In this document: positions 10,396 through 22,700 of the stretch, piece after piece
Numbering within the stretch: position 1 is the first letter of the stretch
How the letters are laid out: each line of letters starts with the position of its first letter
IMG/VR virus record: IMGVR_UViG_3300042477_000769
DNA from: a virus
Lineage: Duplodnaviria; Caudoviricetes
DNA length: 64,000 bases
Direction: 5' to 3' (one strand)
Notes under the pieces: generated by a model
Seen by the model: the letters and a program-made list of their open reading frames with translations, nothing else
What the model was told of the DNA's origin: nothing
The model's database searches: none
Program-made: the position numbers and the translations under genes

Positions 10396-12083
10396 TGGCT
10401 AGACCTAATAGTGCTAATACTCCTAATCAAAATATCTTTCAAGACAATCAAAATTATGATATTGATATTGCTCAATTATATAATGATTGGATTGTTCCAA
10501 TTGATAATATTAGAAGTTATTCTAGTATTAATCCTCAAAATACTAATATTTTAAGTTCATTAGCTAAAAGTGAAGTGATTGATATTACAGAAATTGCTAA
10601 ATTAGTTAAAATGGAACAAACGATTCAAGAAAGTCGTTGTCATGCCTTTTTTAGATGGATTGGTTTTCCAGTAGCAGATAAGAGTCATCAAATCTATAAT
10701 CCTGGTTTTGATATTATTAAAGATAAAACTAGAGCGTTAAATAATAAAAAGAAAATAAATATAGCAGTTAATCCAATTGAAAATTTCAATGAATTATCGG
10801 TGAAACGAGAAAATTATTCTAAAAATAATTTGGATATTTTTAACAAATCTAATTCAATTGATGCGGGAACATTGGCGCTCTCCAATGGAGGAACTAGAGC
10901 GTTAAGAAAATTTGTTACTCCGTTAGATCCAGAAAAAAGCGATGATCCGTTTGATATGAATCCAGAAAACCAGTCATATCAAGTTAATTTAGATGCTAGA
11001 GTAGGGAAAACAAAAGTCTCCTTAAAAAACTATCAAGATGTTAATGGTAATTTTCCAACTAAATTATCTGATAAACGGCAGCATTTAATCAAGCCCTTTA
11101 TTGTAGATGCTAGAATTGATTATAGTGTGGCTCCACAATCTCGTTTAATTGCTGTTCCATTTGTTTTTGATAGTTACCAAACTAAAGTAAATTCAGTCAA
11201 TAATGTCACTCGCCCGTTATTAGAAAAAATAATTAGAGATAGGTTTACTAATCAAGATCCCACAGCTAGTGCGGGCACTTCTGCTAACCAGGTATTGAAA
11301 AATATTTCTGAATCTTTAGATATTACGGATAATGAATTAATTCAAAAGGTTAGCAATCAAGATATTTATAATCAATCAGAAACCTCGCAATTTATTCAAT
11401 CTATTAATGTTATTAAATCTATGATGAAAAAATTAGCTGAGGCTCAAAACATTGTAGAAAAAGCTCAAGGGCAATATTATTGGTTACCTATTCCATCTGC
11501 TTCAGGTCCAGAAAAAGGATGTACCGTAAAAGGGATTTTTTTGCCTAAATTCATTAATACTACGTTAGTAACAGAGGCAGATAAAGCTATTTTAACTGCT
11601 TTCTATGATAATATCTTAAATAACTTGACCTCGGAAGGGGCATTAGCGACAGGATCTCCTACTGGATTAGATTTTGGATTATCTACCCCTACGGTAACTT
11701 TTGGGAAAGATACTACTAATGCTTTAGGAGATAATACTAATCAAAATTTACAAGCATTAACGTCTAAAAGATTCAAAATCTTAACCGACGCTAGTGAGGC
11801 GTTAAAAACCATTGAAATCATTATGGGAGATTTTAGCGGACTGGGGTTGTGCGATATTATTGCCATTATTAGCGCTTTAAATATTATGTCTAAAGAGAAT
11901 TTAGTCGGGTTTTTAGATGAAGATGCCAAAGTCAGGATGTATACTTCGCTTAATTTAACGGAACAAACAGTTAATCCTGGAACTTATGATGCGGCGATGA
12001 ATGAATTATTTTCTACAGTTCGAGATTTTTATAATTTAATGGACCAGATTTATAAAGACTTTTCACAAAAGGGCATCTCCTAA
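10395..12083 (+). CDS. Hypothetical protein in baseplate cluster (562 aa)
   Basis: Long ORF coupled to the upstream gene by a TAATG overlap. No family recognised. Confidence 0.6.
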   Translation: MARPNSANTPNQNIFQDNQNYDIDIAQLYNDWIVPIDNIRSYSSINPQNTNILSSLAKSEVIDITEIAKLVKMEQTIQESRCHAFFRWIGFPVADKSHQIYNPGFDIIKDKTRALNNKKKINIAVNPIENFNELSVKRENYSKNNLDIFNKSNSIDAGTLALSNGGTRALRKFVTPLDPEKSDDPFDMNPENQSYQVNLDARVGKTKVSLKNYQDVNGNFPTKLSDKRQHLIKPFIVDARIDYSVAPQSRLIAVPFVFDSYQTKVNSVNNVTRPLLEKIIRDRFTNQDPTASAGTSANQVLKNISESLDITDNELIQKVSNQDIYNQSETSQFIQSINVIKSMMKKLAEAQNIVEKAQGQYYWLPIPSASGPEKGCTVKGIFLPKFINTTLVTEADKAILTAFYDNILNNLTSEGALATGSPTGLDFGLSTPTVTFGKDTTNALGDNTNQNLQALTSKRFKILTDASEALKTIEIIMGDFSGLGLCDIIAIISALNIMSKENLVGFLDEDAKVRMYTSLNLTEQTVNPGTYDAAMNELFSTVRDFYNLMDQIYKDFSQKGIS

Positions 12084-12122
12084 TATCTAATATTTCCACA
12101 TTAAATAGTAGGAGTAACCGGG

Positions 12123-12554
12123 ATGTCTTTTGATTTAAAAATAACAAATGGAGACTTAGTTATCACTCAAGGCCAGATAAAAACGGTGGTTGATAGTGAG
12201 AAATTAATTCAAGATATTCTTAAAATGGCCTTGACCACTGCCGGTACTAATCCGGTTCATCCTTGGTATGGGTCTTTCGTGTCTCGAACTTTAGTAGGAA
12301 ATCCAAATTATACTAGCGTATTAGTTCAAATTGCGAAATCACAACTGACAACTGCCCTACAAAATCTAAAAGAATTACAAGACATACAGATTAAATCTTA
12401 TCAACGAATGAGTGCAGATGAGCAAATTGCGGCTATTTCTGATATTTCTATTGTTAATAGTAGGTCAGATCCTCGATTATTTGATGTCGTTATTAAGGTA
12501 TTAACTAAAGGATTAAAGCCCATTACTACTGCTTTTACTGTCTCAACGATATGA
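12123..12554 (+). CDS. Baseplate wedge gp25/GPW-like protein
   Basis: MSFDLKITNGDLVI...KLIQDILKMALT..GT.PVHPWYGS pattern, 143 aa size, SD AGGAG, and position immediately before the baseplate-J-like gene. Confidence 0.75.
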   Translation: MSFDLKITNGDLVITQGQIKTVVDSEKLIQDILKMALTTAGTNPVHPWYGSFVSRTLVGNPNYTSVLVQIAKSQLTTALQNLKELQDIQIKSYQRMSADEQIAAISDISIVNSRSDPRLFDVVIKVLTKGLKPITTAFTVSTI

Positions 12555-12618
12555 ATAAAATATATAAACAATCTCAAGATAAAAGTATGACTCGTGTTAA
12601 TTTTAAAGGTAGTGTACT

Positions 12619-15600
12619 ATGGTAACAATTCGTAGTTCTAATGAAATAATTTTAAGTTTAATAGACTTTTTTAAATTAGCACAACCAGATTTAGACACTA
12701 AACCTGGTACAGTGTCACGAGATTTATTTATTGAAGGTCCCGCTAGCCAATTATCATTATTATATGATGAATTAAGCGGAGTTTCTAATAAACAATCTTT
12801 ACGATTAGTTATTGGTTCAGATTTAGATAAATTAGCTAAAAATTTTGCTATTGTTAGAAGACAAGCTACTCCAGCCACTGGGGCCGCCATTTTAACCTTT
12901 GCTTCTATTAATGCACCCATTCCTATTAATCGTGGGACCATTATTACGGCTAGTAATGGATTTTCATATTCAGTGACCACGGGCACCGTTGTAACCCCTA
13001 CAGCTATTAATTTTTATAAATCAGTAGCCACTAAATTTAGAGATCAATTAGATTTTGCCGGTATTAGTGATACATTGGCTGTACAAGTCACTGTTACGGC
13101 TACCTCAGCAGGAACTACTGGAAATATTGGTAAGTATTCATTAAGCCGAGCTAATATTCCAGGAGTTAGTAATGTAACTAATGTTAATTCTTTTACTGGT
13201 GGTACGGATCAAGAAACAGATGCAGCTTTTAGAAACAGAATTCTAGCTACTTTTAGTGGTTCTAGTGTGGGCACAGCCTTAGGCTATTTGAATGTTGCGT
13301 TAAGTGTAGATGGTGTAGGTGATGCTGCCGTCATTGAGCCTGGTAATAGTTTAATGACACGAGATGGTACTGAAGTTAATGTGGCGGCCGATGGAACTCG
13401 AACTATCGTCTCCGAAGGTTCCGGTGGCAAAGTTGACGTCATTGTTTTAGGGTCTAATTTAGTAGAGAATTCTGAAAGTTTTATTTTTAGAGATAAAAGT
13501 AATAATAATGATCCAACTAGTTCCAAAAATAATGTAGTATTAGGTCAAATTCCAGAAGACGTTAATAAAACTATTAATCGTAAAAGAATTGATGATATTC
13601 GAAATGGTACCTTACCAGCTCAGCCAGTAGATACTATTTTACAAGTTAGCGGTTCAGTTAGTGGGTCGAATTTCACTCCTAAATCTGTTGATTCTTTAGG
13701 TAGAGTTTCTGGAAATTATGAAATTATTAAAGATACTGGGGTGTATAGTGGAAGCCCATTTGGATTTGATACTTTTCACTGGATTTCTAATAAAATCTCT
13801 TTATTTTCTGAAGATAGATTAAAAGGCCAATTTAATGGTCAAGATTCCACTACTTTTACTGATGTATTAGAGATACCACAAGCACAACAAACAGTATTAA
13901 TTACTAATGAAAATAGTACTGTTACTTCCGATAGATCTATTATTCAATTATTGCATACTCCGGCTACTAATGTCACTCGAGTTTTTAATGTCAATACTGG
14001 AGAAAGATATATTATTACTAATCAAAATTTGGACCAAACAGGAGCAACAAATACTTCTGGTAGAATTCAAATTAGCGGCAATACTTTACCTTCTACTAGT
14101 GATGCTTTACAAGTAGATTATAGTTGGATTGTTAATTTTGATCAGTACTCAGATTATGATGGGCTAGTTAATACTAAAAATTCTAGAGCCACTAATAATA
14201 GTATTGATTGGGGATTAAGCGCAAATATTAGAAAAGAGCCAATCGTCTTTACTCAAAATTTAGGTAATAATTTTTATACAGGTAACACTTCTTTACCAAT
14301 TAGTTCTGTTATTTCTGCTAATAAAAGTACCGTAGTAGATGGTTATGTGGAGTTAATCACCACAGGTACTTTTGCTAACAGATTATCTATAGCGATAAAT
14401 AACTTATTAGAAACAGTTAATTCAGTAGACTCTGTTAAATTTAAAAATAATAATGTAGAATTATATCATACTAGCCAGGGGAATAATTCATTTAGCGTTA
14501 CCACGGCAGTAGTTGGCATTCAAATTGTTTATACATTAAATATTATTTTGCCAACCGATACTTTAGCAGTTAATGGTGATAAAGTAACAGTTACTATTAA
14601 CTCAGTAGATGTATTTAATTCATCAGTGACTCAGGGAAGTAGTTCTGGAACCCAAATTACTATTCCTAGCAATTTAGTTAATTCATCAGCCACGAGTTTA
14701 ATTTTAGAAACTACTTATTTAACTAATGTTGCTGATTTATTCTCTTCAGCTATTACCTCTCTATCAGCTAGTCGAACAGGTAATGGTTTTACTTTGCTCA
14801 ACAATAATGGTTTTAATAATTTTAGTCCAGTTAATATAGCTAGAAGAGAAAATCAAATAGTTCAAAAAAATCTGAGCAATCAATTTTATGTAGACTTATC
14901 TCTTGGAGCCTTAGATTTTAATCTGGCTCCCGAACAAGTATTATCAGTCGTTAGATTGCGAGATGGGTATGAGCTATGGTCTAGTAATCATTTAGGTACT
15001 ATTGCGACTGGAATTAATGGCAATTATCAATTAATTTTATCTGGATTTAATGACCCAGTTATTTCTGATCGAGTATTAGTAATTTACTATGCTAATGATA
15101 TTAGAAGATTTCAACCATTTAGTTTTAGTAATAATTTAATTAAAAGCAGAGTCTTAAATTTAACAGTAGATCCCGGAACTAATAGATTACAAGTCCCTAT
15201 TAATACTTTTACTACACAATTTGATGTGTCATTTACTGTTAAAGATTCCAATAGTGATATTGTCTGGTTCACTATTACTGATGGCGAATTAATTAATAAT
15301 AATGATGGAACTGCCTTTTTAACTAGTACGGCAGTAAATATGTCTACTATCCCAGATTTATTACATAAAAAAGTAAAATTAGTTGTACCTAATTTATTAG
15401 GCGGGCCAACTAATGTTAATAATGATGGGGTGTATGATATTATTAATTATAATTTGACTACCAACACGTTGACTATTACACAGACGCTATCTAAATTAAC
15501 ATATGACCAAGTTTCTATTATTAGATTATTAGATGGACAAGAAGTATGGAATTATAGTGGAACTATTGATGTTGTTAACAATAAATTATTATTACCAACC

Positions 15601-16734
15601 TCTGCAGCTGCTAGTGTAGGTGATTTAGTGGTGGTGATGTTATTTAATTATAATAACCTTCGACAAGCGCCTACTCGAATAGTAGGAACTACAGTAGATC
15701 AATTAGTTAATCCAGGAATTATTACTTTTAGCGGAACTACTTTAAGTAAAGCAGAGAATGTAGTATTTACAGCGACTAATACTGGAGTAAAATTAAATGT
15801 ATCAGAAGCTTTACGTAAAGCATTAAAATTATCATCGATAGCTGTTATTCCTAGTAATATAAAATTAGCAAAAATTTTAAAAGTAGAGAAGGTGGTAACA
15901 GCTAGTAATACCGATGACACTGTGATTCAAGTTCTACATACTTATGATACTACTAATAGTATTATTCAAAATAATTTATTTTTTAATACTGATATGGTAT
16001 CGGATCCTACTTTACAAGCTTTAGAGTTTAAGTTGCCTAATACCACAAATAATACTTTGACCGGTATTACTAATAATCTTCCTACTTTAGGCGATAAAAT
16101 AAGAATCACTTTTTATTTTAGTACAGACAATGATTCAGAGAATTTATCTTATACTCGTAATGGAACACTATATACTAATAAAAAATTTGCTTTAATAAAC
16201 AAAATTTTTGTTTCTAGTGGTTTCAAAAATTCTCTGGCAACTCGTTTAAATGTTAGCTGTTTTAATCAGCCGGGATTAGGAGCCAGATATAAGGTTTTTT
16301 ATGATTATTTAGCCCCAAAACAGAATGAACGGATAGTAATAAGATATAATTATAATAAGTTAATCTCTGATGTTACTTTTGCCGTTGAAAATTCTCGACC
16401 AGTTAATGCAGATGTTTTAGTTAAAGCTGCCAGAGAAACATTATTAGACTTAACTATTAATGTGGTAATTGATCCGGCTCAACTTAGCTCACAAACTACC
16501 ATTTTACAAAACTTAAGAGATAGTTTAGTTACCACTTTAACAACTACTGAGTTAGGCCAAATTGTTGATCAGCCTACTATTATAAATGTAGCTCAAGCAA
16601 CTAACGGTATTGCCAGAGCCAGAATACTGTATTTTAATAAAGCTGGTGGTATAGGTCAAGTATTAAAAGTGCAAGCTCAAGAAGATGAATTCTTTTCTCC
16701 TAATAATATCATCATTAACACCGAAACAAGATAA
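12619..16734 (+). CDS. Baseplate J / gp6-like wedge protein with a large internal insertion
   Basis: N-terminal DTKPGTVSRDLFI, DLDKLAKNFAIVRRQATPATG, VTNVNSFTGGTDQETDAAFRNRI and GGKVDVIVLG are baseplate-J hallmarks. C-terminal IENSRPVNADVLVK...LVDQPTII region completes the fold. Confidence 0.8.
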   Translation: MVTIRSSNEIILSLIDFFKLAQPDLDTKPGTVSRDLFIEGPASQLSLLYDELSGVSNKQSLRLVIGSDLDKLAKNFAIVRRQATPATGAAILTFASINAPIPINRGTIITASNGFSYSVTTGTVVTPTAINFYKSVATKFRDQLDFAGISDTLAVQVTVTATSAGTTGNIGKYSLSRANIPGVSNVTNVNSFTGGTDQETDAAFRNRILATFSGSSVGTALGYLNVALSVDGVGDAAVIEPGNSLMTRDGTEVNVAADGTRTIVSEGSGGKVDVIVLGSNLVENSESFIFRDKSNNNDPTSSKNNVVLGQIPEDVNKTINRKRIDDIRNGTLPAQPVDTILQVSGSVSGSNFTPKSVDSLGRVSGNYEIIKDTGVYSGSPFGFDTFHWISNKISLFSEDRLKGQFNGQDSTTFTDVLEIPQAQQTVLITNENSTVTSDRSIIQLLHTPATNVTRVFNVNTGERYIITNQNLDQTGATNTSGRIQISGNTLPSTSDALQVDYSWIVNFDQYSDYDGLVNTKNSRATNNSIDWGLSANIRKEPIVFTQNLGNNFYTGNTSLPISSVISANKSTVVDGYVELITTGTFANRLSIAINNLLETVNSVDSVKFKNNNVELYHTSQGNNSFSVTTAVVGIQIVYTLNIILPTDTLAVNGDKVTVTINSVDVFNSSVTQGSSSGTQITIPSNLVNSSATSLILETTYLTNVADLFSSAITSLSASRTGNGFTLLNNNGFNNFSPVNIARRENQIVQKNLSNQFYVDLSLGALDFNLAPEQVLSVVRLRDGYELWSSNHLGTIATGINGNYQLILSGFNDPVISDRVLVIYYANDIRRFQPFSFSNNLIKSRVLNLTVDPGTNRLQVPINTFTTQFDVSFTVKDSNSDIVWFTITDGELINNNDGTAFLTSTAVNMSTIPDLLHKKVKLVVPNLLGGPTNVNNDGVYDIINYNLTTNTLTITQTLSKLTYDQVSIIRLLDGQEVWNYSGTIDVVNNKLLLPTSAAASVGDLVVVMLFNYNNLRQAPTRIVGTTVDQLVNPGIITFSGTTLSKAENVVFTATNTGVKLNVSEALRKALKLSSIAVIPSNIKLAKILKVEKVVTASNTDDTVIQVLHTYDTTNSIIQNNLFFNTDMVSDPTLQALEFKLPNTTNNTLTGITNNLPTLGDKIRITFYFSTDNDSENLSYTRNGTLYTNKKFALINKIFVSSGFKNSLATRLNVSCFNQPGLGARYKVFYDYLAPKQNERIVIRYNYNKLISDVTFAVENSRPVNADVLVKAARETLLDLTINVVIDPAQLSSQTTILQNLRDSLVTTLTTTELGQIVDQPTIINVAQATNGIARARILYFNKAGGIGQVLKVQAQEDEFFSPNNIIINTETR

Positions 16735-19700
16735 TGGAAAATCTGAGAATTTTAAATATCAAAGTCATAGATAGCTCCAACATTGAAGCTACTTTTACTG
16801 ATAATTTGATTACTAATTTAATTAAAGAAAATGTAGTTATTACTTCTAATACTGCCAAAGTTCCTAATTCTGAAGTATTAGAAATAACTATTAAAGGTGC
16901 AACTTTATCTATTACTTGCCAACCTCTAACTCCACTAGCAGATTACTTTGTTGAATTTAAATCTGTCTTACCTTTGTATCCATTCCAATCAGTTAATGGA
17001 ACGGCTAGAGTAGTAGAAGATGGTATTTCTAATAAGTATTTAATTACTGCTCCGTTAGGCATTGACAATCCAGTTAAAAATTATTTAAATAGTTATTATA
17101 ATGGAAATATTTATAATCATGAAGATGAGAATAGTATCGTTGCTAAGTTAATAAATTCTTATGCTGTCAATTTCTCTAAGGCATTATATGATATTAGACA
17201 ATTAAAAAATGAAAATTATCTCAATGTTGACATTGTCGATGAGCCTAAAGTAAGAGGAGCCGGACCAGTAGATAGATTAACTGAAGAAGGCGCCTATCAA
17301 ATAGTTCGTGTAGGTCGTACTCCAACTGGTACTTTTGTTAGTAATACTATTCCTTTTGATATTTTTCCTCGTAACCCTATTACTTTACAAAGAACAGTCT
17401 CAGTAGAATTATTAACAGCTAACTCTATTAATGCTAAAACCTTTTTTAATATTAATGATTTAATACTTAACTTGAGTAATGCCCCGGTTACTAAAGTAAA
17501 TAGTATCGTCTTTACTTTAAATTCTGTATCAGCAGTTTATACCTATGATATTGCTAAATATGGATACCAAATATTAGACTCCAGATATGATCAAGAGTTT
17601 GGCTTTACTTACTTATTATTAGAAAATAATCAAATTAAATTAAACGATCAAATTTTAGAAGATCCTTTATTTGAATTAGATAAAATTATTAGAGTAGATG
17701 TTAATTATGAATATAAAAATTTAGGTATCGTAGTTAATCCAGATACTGTTAATGTGTATTCTATACAATCAGCTGTTCGAGAAGTTATTCCACCTATTAT
17801 TAATGTTTTTAGTTTAAAACATGCCCCATTAGTAGACGGAAATAACAATATACCTACTATAGGTGGTATTCAATTTTTAGATCCTAATTCAAATTTAAAC
17901 ACACCACATCCAGCGTTTAAATTTGAATTGCCTTATCGATTAGAAGCGTTACCATCTACTCCGGGACAATACGCAATTGATTATGCTACTGGTACAGTTT
18001 ATGTTTATGGAGCAGATTTAACCAATGATGGTACTGGGCCATTTCCGCCATTAGCTAATTATAAATATCGATTAACCTATCAGTCAGAGATAGATTACGT
18101 TTATGATACAGATTTATTAGATTTAGTGGCACTACCAACTGGAAGCTTATTAGATTTTGATGGAACTATTAATTTTGAATATGAAGAAGTTTTTATTCCT
18201 GGACAAGATTATGAGGCTAATTTACATTTAGAAGAATTAACAGAAAGAGTCGGGAATAATTTAATTGCTTTAAATGCTTTTAGAACTAAAAAAGGCCCCA
18301 TTACTAATGTCTTCAGAATTTTAAATGAAACTTCTGGTGAAATTTATACTTTAAATCGTTGGACTGAAGATAAAGTCTACTTTAGATATAATACGCCGCC
18401 TAGAATTGTTGCTCAAACTGGAGAGAGAGTTTCTTTTGAAACTATTCCTAATGAATTGTTATTTGTTAATACTTCATTGATTAACAGTGGTAGCATTAAA
18501 ATATTTAATATACCACTAAATAATAATAACATTATTTCTTCTTCAGAAGATGGATTAGGATCTTCCATTAATACTAGTGTGTCATTTTCTAATCAAACTA
18601 TATTTGTCTCAGAAAAATGGTTTAATCGAGGATTATCTGTTTCTTTAAATTTAGAAAATTTAAATAATGTAGGGGAATACATGATAGATTATACCAATGG
18701 TATTGTTTATTGTGCAGTCTCTACTAGCCAAGATTTTAATATTGGAACCGTTACTTACAAATATAAAAATATCATTCCAAATTTCCCGCATATTATTACT
18801 GCGGATGATATTTACTATCAAATTAATCCATTATCTAATAAAAACAAAAGTTTTACTGTTTTTTCTTCCGGAGAAAATAGCATTATACCAGAAACATTAG
18901 ATTTTTCTGATGAAACATTTTTAAACAATACTGATTCCTCGCCCTATCAATTGTTTAGTGGGCAAATTGGATCTTTTGTGGGACAAAACTTTGTTGGCGG
19001 AGTAACTAATCAAATTAAATTTATTCGTGGAGTATACGAATTTTTTGATTTACAAAATAGTGCTCATCCTTTTAATTTTTCTGGATTTGCCGCACATGAT
19101 GGATTTAATATTACACTCAATCCCACAGTTAAGCAAACACTAAGTTCAGTCCAATATGATGGAACAGATTATTTTGTGTTAATTAATGAGAATATTCCAT
19201 ATCTCTCTCCTAGTATTAACTATACTTTTAGCATTATTCGGTCCTCTGATTCTCAAGAGTTATGGGATGTCATGGGCACAATAGTTCCAGGTAATCCATT
19301 AAAACTAGTTTTATCAGGACTTAACTCGCCTCAAACTAATGATCAAGTAACTGTTAATTATACAATTGAGATTAAAGACTTATCAAGAGTAATTGTTGAT
19401 TACAATAAAGGAGATTATTTTATTGATTATACTTATTTGGCTGATGAAATTGTAGTTAGTTATGAATACGGTGATAACGTATTAGATTTTCGTCGTAGTA
19501 CCAATATTCCAACTAATACAGAATATTATGCCTCCTATAAAGTTGGCGCTTTACGCGATGCATTATTAAAGAATTTTGGAACCTTAGTCAATGTAGCAGA
19601 GTTATCGGTATTTGATGTGGATTTTAAGCGCGAGCGTTATCGAGATGCATTATTAGCTGCCTTATCTTCTTTTATCCAAGGGGCGACATTAACAGCTATT

Positions 19701-22700
19701 AAAAATATTGGAAAAACAATTTCTCATATTGAGCCAATAGTAACCGAATCATCATTTATTAATTGGTCATTAGGAAATAGTTTATTATCTCCTCAAATGA
19801 TAGAGACTACTGGAGACATAACTTTATTACCTGCTAAATTTGGTAATGGAGCTTTATTAACTCATGAAGGTCAGACTATTTCTGTCCCAGTAAATAGCAA
19901 TATTAGATTAGAAGAAGGGACTTTTGAAACTTGGATTATTCCTCAATGGAATGGATTAGATAATGATGCCGTTCTTACTTTTAATGTTTTAAAAGATGGA
20001 TATGCCATGCCAGCCAATCAAATATTTATTGGCGCAGAAGAATACCATCCCACGTTAGTGAGTGGCAAGTTTTCTGTTAATAAAAATATTTTAGGAACAC
20101 CTAATACTAATAAAGATGGAGTCTTTATTTATTATGATAAAGATTTATCTGGAGATTTCAATCGTTGGTATGTTCAAGTAATTGATGGCTATGTAAATTC
20201 TATAAGCTCTACTTATAAAATTACTATTCAATCTACTGGCAGCTTTTATGATAGCAAAAGTTTAGTCTTGCCAAAATCTAATAATGTATCTATTACTACG
20301 GGAACTAATTCTTTAACGTTAAATATTACTGGAGGATCTGCTCTTGATGAAGGTGTGACATTTATTTCCGATGTAGACCATTATGTATTAGATTTTGGCA
20401 AGGAAAAAAATAAAAGTCGAGTCTCTTTATACAAAGATATTTCCGGTTACATGGTATTTAAAGTTTATGATCGATTAGGTACGGCTTATATGGTTAGTGC
20501 CGATGTATCTGCCTGGCGTGCGGGAGAAGCTCATCATGTAGCAGCGTCATGGAAATTAAATAATTTTAATAGTCGTGATGAGATTCATCTATTTTTAGAC
20601 GGATTTGAAGTTCCTAACATCATTAAGTATGGGCAAAAATTGCGCCCATACTTGCATGAAAAATTTAGAGCTATTAATACTGAAGAAATTATTGGTCTTT
20701 CTAATCGAGATATTATTTCTTCTGTGGATTTAGTTACTATAGCTGGTAGCACTCAAGTCACTTCTTCTATTAATTTTAGTAGTTTTAATATTTTTCCAGG
20801 AGATATCATCAATATTGATGAGGTTGGGTTTGCTGAAGCAGGCTATTCTATTGTGAGTATTAGTGGTCAATCATTAACATTAAATACTAGCATGCCAGTT
20901 TCTTTAAATAATGGAAAATTCTCTATTAATAGAACTTCATTTTCAGTTTCTTCAGATATTGATTTAGCTCCTAATATTGCAGTTAGCACTCTGAGTCCGA
21001 TGGTTATTAATAGTGATTTGCAAGGAAGCATTGGATCAAATATTGTTACTTCTACTTCAGTAAATTTTGTGACAGCTGGAGTGAAACCAGGGTTTATCAT
21101 TAGAATTGATAATATTTCTTTAGAATCCACTTATCATATTTTACAAGTCAGTGGAAATACTCTGGTATTAACTGACCCAATGCCTGTTAACTTTACTAAT
21201 GAAGATTTTCAAGTGTACTCTACTACTGAACAAGAGATTCCGGGAGTAAGAGCGGTTCGCCCTTCTTATTCTATTAGTAAAGATCTTAATTTTAATAATG
21301 TTTTAACTATTTCTAATAATGTCTTGGCTAAAGATTTAATTTTAGTGCGTACTTTAGGAATTAATCATCGTAAAGTAAAAAAGCAACATTATGTGTGGAG
21401 CAATGGTGAAGAGAATATTCTGAAAACACAATTACCAGCCCCCGTTGCGTTAGATGAAGTTAAAATAACAAAAATTATTTTGCCTACTACTGCTATTGGG
21501 CCGGCGAATTCTACGTTGACTTTAGGTCAATTTGTTTCTAATAATTTAACTGCTTATCCTACGACCAATGATCAAACAGGCAGAACCATTAGCATAACTA
21601 TTAGTGGAAATAATACAGATTTTATTGCACCAGCAGTAGTAACTATTAATGGAGTCTCTGGAAACGCTACTATTAATGAGAATTTATCATTTACGGAATA
21701 TGGCACTTTAGATACTGTTAATTTATTCCAAAGCATTAATTATATTACGGTAACAGTTACGCCTATTGATTCTACTAAAAATGCCTTAACTTTAATCGCA
21801 AAAGAAAAGTACTCTATTACACAAGTGGAAGCTAGTGGTAGTGTGCCAGTTATTAGATTCAGTTATGTTATTGGTTCTGGTTATACTTTATTTAATGATA
21901 CCTCGTATTCTGTGAGAGATGAAAATTTCTTATTTAGTAGTGTAGATATTGGAAATTATTTATTAATTCAGACTCCTATTACAGTAGCAGGATATTATCA
22001 AATAACCGGATTATCTACAGATAGAAAAACTATTCATATTCAGCCAGCAGCACAGGCAGATCCATTACCTTTAGCTAATTTTACCAATGGTACCTATCAA
22101 GTATTAAATGTAAATCAATCTCGAAGTGGATTACAAAATGGATTCTTTACTTTAGAAAATAAAGAGTTGCCAGGTCAACCATACTTTTTAAGTAATGGAT
22201 TTTATGAATTAGAATATTCTACTTATACTAAAATTAATTTAGACCCTATTAATAGTAAAGCTTTTATTGGTTCTAATTTTGTTGGGAACTTATCAGCGAA
22301 TGCCATTTTAGATCAAGTAAAAACATATTCAGTGATGTTAACTGATACTAGAATAGGGGAATCAATTCCGGCCAATCAAAGATCTATTACTAAAGATTTT
22401 AATTCATTAAAACCATTAACCGCAGATAGTAATACATTAATGTTAATTAATTTTGATAGTGTACCATTTGAAAATGAAGCTAAATTTTATATTAGCTCTA
22501 CCCCTAGCAAAGATCATTTCCAATCTTCTGTAGTTATTAATGAAAACTTTGGTAATAGTATTGCGTTTTTAAATAAACCATTAGTGTTAGATAACGAAGG
22601 AATTTTAAATACTAAAAGAGAAGGCACTATTGAATTTTGGATGAATCCATTATTTGATACCTCTAACGATCCTAATATGAGATATTATTTTGATGCGTTT

